From the NCBI GenBank assembly GCA_964247055.1, contig OZ176050.1, positions 10,540,001 through 10,604,000 on the forward strand: DNA of 64,000 nt, written 5' to 3'. The position numbers and the translations under genes are program-made. Positions 39,339 to 52,200 of this stretch are shown piece by piece. Under the pieces are notes generated by a model, which worked only from the letters and a program-made list of their open reading frames with translations, had not been told where the DNA came from and did not search any database. Numbering within the stretch: position 1 is the first letter of the stretch; every line of letters starts with the position of its first letter. The DNA comes from Paragordius varius. Its lineage: Eukaryota; Animalia; Nematomorpha.

Positions 39339-42300
39339 ATGGGTTCTGATAAAGCACAAGATGTTCAACCTCCAAGGATGTCACATTCTTTTGTACTTAT
39401 GGGAGTTGGTAATTTATATAAATTGCAAATTCTGTTAAAGAATGATAAATATCTATAATTTATAATAAAATTTAGCTTATATATGCGTATAAAGTAAAAT
39501 TAGTTTTTAATTTTGGACTTTTATTTAAAAATTTTTTTTACCAAAAATACATATAGTTTAATGGATAAGTTACTAGGTAACTCTTTTCAAAACAATGGTT
39601 CAGCAAACCCTCCGTTTGAAAGGTACCATTGTGTAATATTAGCTTAATTGCATAATCATAATATTTAGTAAGGAGTAAATGATTAAAGCTAATAAGTTTT
39701 TACGTAATTAAACCTTATCACTTCGAATGGGGTATCTAAATATCTTAGACCATATTTAAATTGATAATTTTAAAAAACTGAAAGAAACGTTTCAAATTTA
39801 AATTATGCTTCTATTCCAATAAAAATTATATAAATAAGACAAATTATCTAAGTAAAATTTAGTTTTGAAAAAAAATTCCGTATCAAACCACTTCGACGCC
39901 ATTTTTATTTTACAACATTTTTGCAAAATATCGCGTTATTTAATCTAATGCCAAAATTAAATGTACTTTTTAATTGAAATCACATTCAATATTGATATAA
40001 ACACAAAAAGTGGTTTATTTTGCATTATGCACACATGTAATAGCTAGATTTTTACCTTTATGTTTTTTACCTCTTTATAAGTTATATTAAGTATTTGTGA
40101 ATAAGTTTTTATATTTCGGTTCATTGATGTTATACAAGTGCAAACTTTTGCATGATTTAATTTTTTCCTTATTATTTGAAATATTTAATTTTAAACAAGC
40201 CTGGATACAACTCCCCAATTTAAATCGAAGGACTGGAATGAATGTGTTGTGTCCAAGTGTTAACACATTCAAAATAAAAAAAATTATTTTAAGGAGCACT
40301 AGTTTTGATTTTGGGCGTGTTTAGCGTTTCTGCCATAGTTGTTTCACGAGGGACAAATAGTAGATTATTTCCAAAGAATCCAATTTATGCCAAAATGATC
40401 AATCAAAGCATTCCACTTGTCTGCATAATTAGCTTCGGAGGAATATTGTGTTTCATTTTCGGTGGCGTGATGTTTGCATACGAGGTAAAAATATTTTACC
40501 GTAAGAATACTGTTTATAATTTGAAGTGCAATTTTCTAGTACTAAATATACATTAATTTATTATTCAATTTATAAATCACGTATTTAAAATTGATATCCA
40601 TGAAAAATAATTATTAAGAGGCTGTCACAGCAGAGTTGTTATTGGTGTAGTAAGCGGTTAAAACAAATCATCATCTTTCAAAAAATAAATAAAATATTTT
40701 TTATGGCCATCTGTATATGTCGATTATTTCATAGAAAAAACAAAAGGAAAAAGAGGAGCATCAAGAAATTCAAATCGTCAGAACTAAAGGTAATGCAGAA
40801 TCATTGGCTGATAATAAGAAACCAGAAGAGATAAAATTACTAACTAGTAAAGCATACAAAGGGGCAACCATAACAATTCCAAATGTTAGCGGTTCAGGAG
40901 CGCCTTCACCCACCTCACCAATGGAGAAATTAGCGGAAGATCCGTGGTGGATTTCATGGGAACATATGAGTTTAGAAAGTCAAATTCTAGGTAAGGGTAA
41001 CTTTGGACAGGTACAGAAGGGAACTGTATTCGATAAAAAAACGGGCCAAACGCAAGTTGCAGCCATTAAGACTATGAGAACCACAAAAGGTATTTTATGT
41101 CGTATACCAAGTGACATTTTAAATGTCGATATTTTCCAATCGTTAACCTTAGATTTTGAAACTTATTGACTCTAAGTTAATATAATATGAGTTTTATTAA
41201 ATAAGAAAAACATAATGTAGACATTTTGAAAATGAAACCATGCCTCCAAAATTGTTTTTAATACAAGTAGCATATTTAAGAATGCAATAAATAAATAAAA
41301 ATTCTTTTCCTGGTTATCATATCAAAAAATTGTTTAAGAATTTTATCGGATTAGGAAACAAAAACGCTGAAGAAGCATACGAGCTAATGGTTGCCGAAAT
41401 GGAGATTATGAAAAAAATTGGTTACCATCCAAACATTGTTAATTTGCTTGGATATTGTGAACATGATGGTACTTTTTAAATATTTTAGATTGTTGACTTA
41501 ATTCAGCCTTGAGTAGGCCCAAAAACCTAAATTAAATTACGTTCTGGCAGCAGTATTTTATAAAAGAATTTGATTAGAATAAAAGCAATGGAAAATAAAC
41601 CCTGAAATATCAAATTAAACAATTTTTAAGATTCAAATATATCGGCGAATCCATAAATATTCCATTGTTTTAAAGAAGAATTAGAGGCCGAATCAATAAG
41701 TCATTTTGGTATACAGTAAGATTGATAAAGAATTATCACGAAAAAGCAAATGAATGTTCAAATGAAGAAAATGATTAGCACATGGTTAAAAAATAAATGT
41801 AAGTAGATGCAGCAGAAAATCATCAAGGGTCGTATATGGGGTATTTATTACATATTTTTAATCATGTGCTAATCATTTTCTTTTGGATATTTATTCGTTT
41901 ATTCTAGAAAATCATTTATTAATCTCATATATATATATTACTACAAAAAAGGATTTTTTTAACTGTTTTGTGATTAGTACTTTTATACTAAAATTCAATG
42001 CAATTAAGTAATATTTTGGATAAGAGATAAAATTATTTTAACTGACAAGGAAACTAAATTAAAAATCCATATTGTGTTTTAGGGTCATTGTTTGTAGCCA
42101 TTGAATTTGCACCTTACGGCGATCTAAAAACTTTCCTTAAAAAGGCTAAACAAACCAAGCAGGATATGGAAAAGAAAGGAGAGAAGGGAGATCCTTTATC
42201 GGTGACGCAAATGTTAAAATTTGCTCTGGATGTCGCCAAGGGCATGGAACACTTGGCTAAACATGGGGTAAGTATCTATTTATTTATAAAAAAATAATAT

Positions 42301-42569
42301 TTACTTAAAAATATAAAATACATAAGAAAAAATTTACGATTTTGTACTAAACCTTTACATTTTTAAAGTTACGAGTTATAAAATAATTTCTTATGCAAAT
42401 TAATAAAAAATATTCATCCTAATATAGATAATTCATCGAGATTTAGCCGCACGCAATATTTTATTAGCGGAAGGTTCATACGGGCTAACTACCGTGGCAA
42501 AAGTCGCAGATTTCGGATTAGCGAGAGATATGTCAGCCGTTTATGGAATATATGTCAAGGAATCAAAGG

Positions 42570-42605
<36 letters not shown>

Positions 42606-43343
42606 GATTTATTTATAGAATAAAATCTCTTGAGCTAATTTTTGTTATCTCCTTTTTTTGTTTCCCCCTTTTTGGGCAATATTTTGGATTAGATCATTTT
42701 AAATTTAAAGACATACTCGAAAATCTTTCTTTATGGTAACAATTACCTTTTTTGTAAAAATGTTGCATTCTTAACCAAATATTATTTTTTTGAATATTAT
42801 GGTTTTATTGAAAAATTTTGATGCGCCGTGTTTTCCAACAAGTGTATATATTTTCATTAAAAATGAATATATCGAATTTAAATTTTAGACAGGAGAATTA
42901 CCGATAAGATGGACAGCACCAGAGGCTATTTTCGATCATGTGTTCACAGAAAAATCTGATGTATGGGCCTTTGGGATAATGTTATGGGAAATCGTAACTT
43001 TGGGTCAAAATCCTTACCCTGAGATTCAACAAAATGCCGATTTCTACAATAGGCTGAAATTGGGTTATCGTATGGATAAACCACCAAACTGTGACGATGA
43101 TATGTAATTTTTTGGTTTCTTTTGGTATCATTTCAAAACAATCCCCCCAATTTATATAAAGATGAATGAATAATACATATATGTTTATATAATTCTAGTT
43201 TTCAAGTAATGCGTTGGTGCTGGAAAACTGCGCCCTCAGAACGACCAACATTCGCCCTTTTGAAGAAGCATTTGGATAAAATGCTAACTCTCAGACACGC
43301 TCAAAAGTATATATCTGAGGAAGGGAGTTTTAAAAATGTGTAA
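39339..43343 (+). CDS. Receptor-type tyrosine kinase (Tie/FGFR-like kinase domain) with a ~55-aa N-terminal ectodomain; 9 exons, ~464 aa
   Basis: Exons 39339-39408, 39577-39622, 40361-40484, 40735-41089, 41355-41468, 42083-42267, 42428-42568, 42889-43103 and 43199-43343 splice in phase. TM segment [24 protein letters not shown]. Kinase motifs [65 protein letters not shown]. The first two exons are less certain. Confidence 0.9.
39719..40259 (+). mobile_element. piggyBac-like MITE copy in kinase intron 2
   Basis: Colinear with 22899-23478 and ends CCAAGTG|TTAA. Confidence 0.75.
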
Positions 43344-43359
43344 AGCCAATATTTATATT

Positions 43360-44197
43360 AAGTATAAGTGAAATAAAGGAAACACCTAATTTATATATTT
43401 TTGGAGGTTGTATTCGTCTCTTTTGCTGAGCCTTTTGCTTTTTTAACGTCCTCAAGGGTATTTTTTGGGTTTTCAATTTCATCTTTTTAAAATTCCTTCT
43501 TTTCCTCATCTCTAATTATAATCATGATTACCAAATAAATCCAAAAAGCTCATAAATACATATATGAGTAATTTGATCGTTTATCAAATTATTAAGCGAG
43601 AGTATGGAACGTATCGTTTTCATCAGATTTGGTTAAAATAATCGGGTACAGTAATGTCTGGCAAAAGATTCAAGATATCTAAAAGGATGTATAAAATTTG
43701 ATGATTCGGGGCCATATTTTCTATAAATTGTACAAAAAATATATATAATTTACCATCAAATTCGTTGAAAATATTACTAATTCAGTGTTTCTGTTACCTT
43801 TTATAATTGAATTTGTATTCTATTTAAAAATATTGTCATACTAGAAACATTCAAAAATATTTTTAATAGTTTTATTCAATACTTCAAATTTACTATTTAA
43901 CAAATAAGTCATTATTAATTAGCCCACCAGAATTATAAATTAATTAGCTATATAAAAAAAATCTTTTAATTTAGAAAGTAAAAAATTAGCTTGAATAACT
44001 TGTAAGTAAAAAGAAATAGTTTTTAACTTTTCTTCCAAGCCCTTGAGACCCAGGAATTGGTAGGTAATGCGTTGCGAAAGAGTCCCAGCATTGCTTTCCT
44101 TAATATCCCGGAGTAAATGTTCAACGCCCACTTCTTCGGCTTCCTCAGCAATCTCCGAAGGAATATGTTGGAAAGTTTTGCTTGATGGCGTACCATC
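43360..44197 (-). pseudogene. PSMD7: Unprocessed pseudogene (3' half) of 26S proteasome lid subunit PSMD7/Rpn8
   Basis: [73 protein letters not shown]. Lesions: expected donor reads CT (43989-88); deletion/frameshift with TGA at 43625-43623; out-of-phase last donor; TAA at 43489-43487. 5' exons were not recognised. Confidence 0.8.
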
Positions 44198-44407
44198 CTA
44201 TAAAATTATAAAATTGTGTAAAATAAAAAAATTTAAATTAAATAAATTGAGTGCCTAGTCTGATCGCTAAACAATTTAATGCGCCGAATAAAATACATTT
44301 TATCTTAATACCGACAACCGACAAACATCGTATAGCTTTTGAACACATATGCAAGTATTAATAAAAAATTACACTAATAAAATAAATGAATAATTTAGCT
44401 AAATTAT

Positions 44408-44450
44408 AGAGCCGCCGGGGCCTGTAGGTCGCGGTTTGAGTACCACTCTG
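44408..44450. mobile_element. hAT-type right TIR (GCGGTTTGAGTACCACT), partial second copy near 44605
   Basis: Reverse complement of the CAGTGATACTCAAACCGCG terminus at 59908. Confidence 0.55.
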
Positions 44451-44924
44451 CCGTATAATGTTATATATATTGCAGTAAAAAATATCAAAATGAAACAGCC
44501 AATTTGTTAGCTCTTTAAATTAACGGTACTTTCCAAAAAACTTTGGAGGGTCCTAATAAGTGCATTAAAATTTAATAAATATTTTCATAAAAAGCTCTTA
44601 TAAGCCCGCGGTTTGAGTATGATAGCTTTATTTTTCTCTAATGGCAACAAAATATTCACCTCCCCGTGGTGTTGGCTGGGGCATGAAAATGCGCTAATGG
44701 CAAAGGCCAGTGTTCTAATAATCTGGTAAATCATTAGTTGTACACAAGGTCATGTGTTACGTAAAAAATCGCCTCAATAAGCCATGAAGTATTAATAATA
44801 TGAATATGAAAGAATACTAAAACCTTACAACTATCTCACATAACAATAATAAACCAATTTATAATTAATTGATAATATACATTATTATACACTTTATACC
44901 AAAATAACTTGGATAATAATAAAA

Positions 44925-46200
44925 CAGTTCTGAAATTTGCCATATGGAATGTGAGTACCTTTGTTAACAAAATATTAATGGTAACAAACATTCTTAACCA
45001 AAACTAGATAGATATATGTTGCATCCAAGAAACCAGATTGAAAGGGGAGAGATTAAAAAGCTTAGACGAATACACGTTAACGACAAAGGTCAAGGTGATG
45101 TTGCGTTCATAAAAACAACTATCGTGATAACATCATTAAAAAAAGACATAATCCAGGAATGATTAAAATGAAAATTTTGATGAATGATATTGTAATAAAT
45201 ATTGTTTCAACTTACGCATCTCATTCAGGTCTAAGCAAAACATTAAAAACGAATAGGCCTCTATGATTTGATGAACATTCTTCTAGCCAACAAACTTTTG
45301 TTGATGATGATTTCAATTGCCATATTAGTAATGATAGCAATGATTACCATGGCGTTCATTTTGGAAGTGGTATTGGTATTCTCGATAAGATGGGTGAGAG
45401 TTTACTAGAGTTTCGTAATGCAATCCATTATAGTTGCCAGTACCTATTTAAAGAAAAAACCAATCAGCATATAACATATAATTCTGGAGATAGACTTCAT
45501 ATTTATTCCAAAAAACATAACCCTAAAACATACTATCAAACCTTATACCAAAACAAGCTAACAACAGCTTTGATAATTATTGAGAAAATTTGTGGACCCT
45601 AGTTCAAACACAAAAAATCAATAGAGCAGAATTAAATACCCAAAATTACTACCTGAATATATTTAAAACACAGATTTACCAATGTCGAAATCTTATGGCA
45701 AAACTTTGGATCCACTATTCTTGCATCTGCTAAAAAAACGTTGCGGCGTTACAAAACCTATGAGAAAACGGAGAAATTGGCGGTGGAAACATTATATGAA
45801 ACCATTGTTGCGCGAAAAATGTGAAGCCTATAATAAATGGAAAATTTCCAAAAATAATGATGATAAAAAGTTTATAATGATAAAAAACGAGGTGTTTAAA
45901 AGGTCATTCGTGGCGCCGTCAATGAAAATCTGTTAAAATCGCCGAAAGTTTAGAAAAAGATAACCAAATTTTTAAAAGACACAAAAACCTTAATAATAGT
46001 AAACAAAGATGGTAAACCCTTAAATTAAATATGATAATAAAATAACAAATCCCTCAAAAGTCAAAGAAATTTGAAAAAAATCTTAGAAAAACAACTCAAC
46101 CAAGTAAATCCGACCAAACATTATACGGTTACACCAGTAGCTGATCCCATACAAAATATCACCATAGATGAAGTCACAACTGCAATCAATAAATTCATAG
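44925..46200 (+). mobile_element. Degenerate RTE LINE, 5' part (APE endonuclease and linker)
   Basis: Remnants: WNVSTF (TWNV), DICCIQETRLKG, DDFNCHI (GDFN), GESLLEF, CGVTKPMRKRRNWRW, DEVTTAINK. Confidence 0.75.
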
Positions 46201-46944
46201 GCGAAAAAGGGTAAGGAAGTATAAAGATAGTTTTAAATAAATCTGTGATCGACTACCTTACAGGGTAATAAAGTGTTACGTTATAACACATGGTTATGAC
46301 TTAATATTAACTGAAATTATTATTTTTAAATTATCAATATTACACTTGAAATAAATTTATGATGAAATAAACTCTTTACGTGTTTTAATGGTGAAGCCTT
46401 TAGCGTTTATTATAAAATGAAGATTCGGAAATTTTTAACAAGATTAATACTTAAATCTTAATAATATATTTGAGAATCACTTTGCCGTTCACGGAATTGA
46501 TAAATTTAGCATATTTTTATATGCACAATATTCGCAGAGTTTTTCTAAATAATTATCCTCTTTTGTATCACCCAAGAATAGGTTAATTAGCCAAAGATTC
46601 TCAATAAAACAGCTTAAAGCATTAATAAGGGTTTAAATTATATATAAAACCTAAATTATATACATAAATAGTTTCCAAAATAAATCCACATTTTTGAATT
46701 TGTCAAGTGTGGCCCACCATACTTGCAAAATCTTTGAGTTTCACTTGATCATATGATTTTTATCAACCAAATCAATTTTTCTTTAACTTAAGTCGTTTAA
46801 TGTTAAATTTTTTTGTCACACGAAAGCAAGCCATGACTTGACTTGCAAGTCAAGTAATAAAATTTTTTTATCACCCCACCCAATGTGTGGGCATCTATTT
46901 AAGGAAGAAATACAATTTTAATTATATATAGCTATTTTTAAAAA

Positions 46945-47060
46945 TAGAACTAGGCAGTTATGATGCTGCTTTCTGCAGTTTTCTCAAACATGCCAGGAAA
47001 GTGATTTCACCGGATATTTGGTTAGATAACGCCCCAATACGCCATGCGAAATTTATTATT
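46945..47060 (+). mobile_element. Short IS630/Tc1-like transposase fragment
   Basis: FCSFLKHARKVISPDIWLDNAPIRHAK resembles the (V/I)LDNAxxH motif around the second catalytic Asp. Confidence 0.35.
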
Positions 47061-48239
47061 TATGCTTCCTTATAGTCGCCAAATTAAAAATTTCTTTGTC
47101 AAAATAAAAAAGACAGAAAAGTCGCCATTTTAAGAATGTGAAAGATTTGATTAAAATTATAATTCAAATTCTTAAAAATAATGAGCAATATTTATCTTTT
47201 TAAATATTATGAGCATACCAAAAAATTGTAAAATATGTTGGGATAAACTCCCACTAGAACCAGAAAATAACTATAGATAACTAAATGATTTATATTACCA
47301 TTTTTTATAATTTTCTCTTTGTCTAATTTTAGGGTACTATATATTATATATATATGTATGTATAAACGGCACTGTAAAAAGTTAAAAACTGTTAATTTCC
47401 TAAATATCTATATTTTAGTTTATTATTTAGGTTAATAATATGCCATCTAGTTAATGATTAATATAATCACGTATTAATACTATTACTTTTATACATACAA
47501 TCCTACTGACAAACAGAAATAAATGCATCATTTAATAATACCTCAGATTTTTAATTAAAATATTAGTCTATCGACAATTTCAAGTTATATTAAGTTGTGT
47601 TGTTAACATAAAAATCATTTAAAAGATGAAGTTAAACACATTTTGATAAGAAATCTGAGGAGATAGAAATGTTCACCATGGAATTATATGGAAAAAAAAA
47701 ATTAGAATGTTTATTTAATCGTTTTCACCATGCTTCAAAATGCTGTGAATTACATTTCTTTACGGCAATTTTGCGTTTAGTTTAAGAGAACTTGCTTATT
47801 TTAGACGTATCAGAAATTTTAGATTTTCGGACGCCATATCTTAAAAATTTTATAAAATATATTTTGAAATATTTTTATTTAGCATAATGTTGTAAAATTT
47901 GGCCATTTTCTGATATGAAGCAACTACCACATAAGCGGTAATAACTTTCCTATATCACTCGTAAGGCTCAAAACCAAAAGCACCATGATAATTCTGATTT
48001 ATCAGAATATATATATACATAACATATATGGATATTTTTTAAACCCTCCAAAATTTTATGCGAGGTGTAAACAACCACAGACAAATTTCTATGTTGTCCA
48101 ATGTTTTAATTTATTTCTAAATAAATTGTATTATATTACCGAACTTTGAGTAATCCAGATCACAATCGGCAAAAATGTATATTTTATATATAACATATAT
48201 AAAGCCCACAAAAATACTGTTGTTGTTACAGCTAAGATG

Positions 48240-48640
48240 CTGGTAAATTTGTCGCTAGTTCGTAAGTTAATTACGCCGGCTTGTATGATTATGTGTAATT
48301 AATATCAACTGTTGCATCGTTAGCTTGGTTTCTTTGGTAAAATTATTAATACAACGCATTTTACATCTCCCACGTTTTCTTGAACTTTCAACTTTGCCCG
48401 ACATAAGCTGATACTCCAAGTTTTTGGCTCTAGTGATATGGTCAAAGTTATAGAGCTTCATTTTAATGCATAAGCTGTTAAAGGATATTTCAGGTTTGAA
48501 TTTTTCAAAGCAATTTTCTCCAACACAATATTTCGAAAGCATTGATATATCTTTCATCTCCTTCTCTAGTTCCAACTCTCTGGGAATCAATTTGCAAAGT
48601 ATACATTTTAAAATTAAAGCATTGTTTATACTCAAACTTT
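48240..48640 (-). mobile_element. RTE (BovB-like) LINE 3' fragment
   Basis: KLYNFDHITRAKNLEYQLMSGKVESSRKRGRCKMR matches the RTE C-terminal pattern KLxYFGHIxR..LE..LM.GK.EG.R.RGR. Confidence 0.75.
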
Positions 48641-49206
48641 ATTACATGATTTGTGCATTTTTTGCTCGAATTACGGGTAATTTTTATGCCCTAATTTAAA
48701 ATATTACTAACTTAAAAAGTATTTATATATTGGGCCAAATTAAAAATATGCTGTCTATGGCTTTTTGAGTTTTATACACAAAGTATATTTATAGAAAATA
48801 TAAATCTAATCGGAACCTCTAATTTTAGTATCCTAATATTAAGCACCATTTGTGATGGTTTATTTTAATTGGATATGGCTAACTCTAAAACTCATAGAAC
48901 TAAAAAAATTTTTAATGTTTAAGAAAAAACCTCATTATGGACAAAAAAGCTTCGGGACAAACATAACAATATCCGTCGTTAAAGTGCAAAAATAATGAAG
49001 TGTTAAACGCTGATATGCATTCTATCACAATAAACATAAATTTTGCTTCCTTTATCAATATATTATTTATTAATACTAATATAACCATATAATCCTGATA
49101 CTTAAATAAATTTTGTAAAAAAACAGAAAGAAAGGCAGTTTAAATAATAATTAGCATATAGAGGCGCTAAAAAGTAATAGGCTGCTAATTTTTGACATGC
49201 ATTATT

Positions 49207-52200
49207 TCATAAATGAGATTGTAGAGTAGAACTGCTGGCAATATTATTGTTAACATAATTGATAGGTGTGATAAGGCAAGTATTCAATTCCGCATTATGT
49301 TCAACCAATGAATGATGGCGATAAAATTCGACCAATTCTGGCAAACTAACAAATCGTAAGGGTTCGGCAAACCCATATAAATTGGTTGTGGCATTTTTGT
49401 AAATGAGACAATGTCGAACTTGACCATGTGTAATTCTATGTTTAATAAATAGAATAACTATTGAAACGTAATTGGTAACAACAATGTGACATAATTTTAT
49501 AAAAAATAAAAAATTATAATTATTGGAATTGTTATGTATACGTAGTTACTTACACATCGATTTGAATTGAAATATAAATTGTAGGTTAGAATACGGAATA
49601 TAACTCATGAAAAAAGCATTAAACAAAAAACGGCAATGATTTATAAAAAAATGACCTATACTTTAAAATTTCAAAAACCTATCACTGAGAGAATAAGGAA
49701 ATAACATGGTAAATGCAAAAAGTACATAGCTTTACCATCAATACATTTCACCGATGATATATTAAAAAAGGTGACAATGATTTCCGCTAATACTTTTCCA
49801 AAGTTATTATATCAATCAACCTAAATTTCGAAATAAAAGGCCTATAAAACTGTATCATACGTTGCTAACCTTAAAAATTACCAAAAAATAGAATAATAAT
49901 TTGATCGAAACTTAAAAAAATATAAAAAGGTTTTATTAATTTTACAGACATAGAATTTTATAATAATTAACTATGAAATACTTAATAAAAATTTTATATA
50001 AATGGGCAGATGTTTAGAATTTTAATTAAAAAAATTATTTAAATATTTTATGTAGTTTGACCAATTATGAATGCATCTTAACCTTGACCACTTTCACAAT
50101 AACCAATCAAATATAGGATAATAAAAATTAAGAAAGAAAAAATTATGTAAAATTGTAAACTTTTTTTCGTATGCTTTATTTGATTTTTATTTAATATTTT
50201 AAAGCTTCTTGCCAGTTAAAAAACATTTATACTTTAGAAACGGCTTGAGACTATGAATGACTGCATTCTTAAACAGTGAAATAGGTTAAAGTTTTTTAAA
50301 AAACGGTCAAAAACTATTCATATGGATAAATAAATATATATAATTTACGTTATTGAAAGGGCATGAGAACTATTAGGTTTCCCGCTAGGTCTTATGAGAA
50401 ATGTCCCCATCTCTTTCCTCCTTAACAAATTTTCTGCACGATTCCTATCACAATTTGTAATGAGCCACAGTTTTTCATCGTTTGAGATCCAATCATTAGA
50501 ATCTAAAATATATAATAATTATATATTTGCTTATCGAAAAAAAAGTTTAAAAAAAATGTTGCACAGAATTTATTAAATGGTATAATAAAATTTTACACTT
50601 ACCTATATTAAATTTTTGATCTGATTCAATTTGTTCATACAATTGGTTCGATTTATGTATTAAATCTTTATCAATATCATCATCCAATAAATTAAGTTGA
50701 GCTAATGATCCGATCGTTTGATGTGCTAATTATAAAAAAAGTGCAAAAAAATATAATATATATTTATTTTATAAAAAACAAGTTTTACAAAATAATTATC
50801 CTAACTATATATAAATGTGACTGCTGCTTACCCATAAAAATGCAATGTAATATTATAAATGCATAATAAAAAATTAAATATTAGTTGATGTGTATGGTAT
50901 TATATTGTTTAAAAAATAATGAGTTTATTACAATGCTATCATTTTAATATGAAATCAATTAATAATTCACAAAGAGAAACCACCATAATGCATTTTACAG
51001 TAAAATGATGTACTGTGGAAAAAATTTACATTTTTATATATAATCTTTGCCCATTCAAAGCCAAATGTCGAAAAAATATAATGCCCCGACAATAGCTTCG
51101 CCCTTTTTTTAAATTAGCTCCTGGGGCCTATCCCGTGTAAAATACGAGTTTTTTTTAAACAAAAGTCCACAAAAATCGTGTCTTTGAGACAATTGAAAAT
51201 GCGATTTCAAAAATATTTGGGGTGGGACCATTCAATTTCAAATATGATTTGTTTTACTTATTTTCGATTGCGCCGAACATAGTCGGATCGCTTTTTTAAT
51301 TTAGGCCCTCTTTTTACTCGCTCCCCCCGTAAAATACAATTTTTTTCAGAAAAGTCCACAAAAATAATTTTTTGAATCTATTTTTCGCCCAAGACATGAG
51401 ACCGTAAAAATTCAATGAGATTTCCAGGTATTCCCTGTTAGAAAGACAAAATTTTACTCGTGCGTTTTTTTATATCGGCTGGTGGGTAAACAGATAACCG
51501 CTAAAAACTGCCCCTTCATATCGAAATAGCGTGCCTTTGGGGCTAATTCAGAAAACCTATAAGGTTATTGAGTTCAACAGGTGCTTTAAATAATACCCGT
51601 TAAAAGGCAAAAATTTAATTCGTGCTGTTTTTTTTAATTTGCCGTTAATTAGGCCCTTCACGCCCTAAAAAATGCGCTATCATTGAACTATTATTTAGTT
51701 TTAAAGCCATTCTTCCATAAACTAATGAGAGAATATGGAATCAATCATAATTCCAGATGTTCTCCGTAAAAAGACAAAAATTTTAATCAAGTGCCTTTTT
51801 TGTGTCCTGGGTAGGGGGCTACCTGCCTACAACTGCGACACCATATCGATACAGCGTGACTTGGAGGCAAATTTTAGAAAACTTATCGGGCCATATAATA
51901 AAGGCCTGAAATATTACCCGTAAAAAAGCAATAATTTAAGTAGAGCGGTTTTATTATAGTACCCCTAATTAGGCTCTTGCCCTAAAAAATGCGCCACCAT
52001 AGAATGACTTTTTGGTTTTGAGGCAATTTTTCAAAAATCACAAGATAGCATATGGAATCAATCATGACACCAGGTATTACCCGAATTGAGGCAAAAATTT
52101 ATATCGAGTTTTTTTTGTTTAACACCTTGTTAGGGGGCAATCCACGTAAAACTGCGTCATTATATCGATACAGCATGCCTTTATAGCCATTTTCAGAAAA

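Noticed and set aside
46480-46780. Possible remnants of the missing 5' exons of PSMD7
   Set aside because: Only vague similarity (VG..HT) with stops; not distinguishable from chance by eye.
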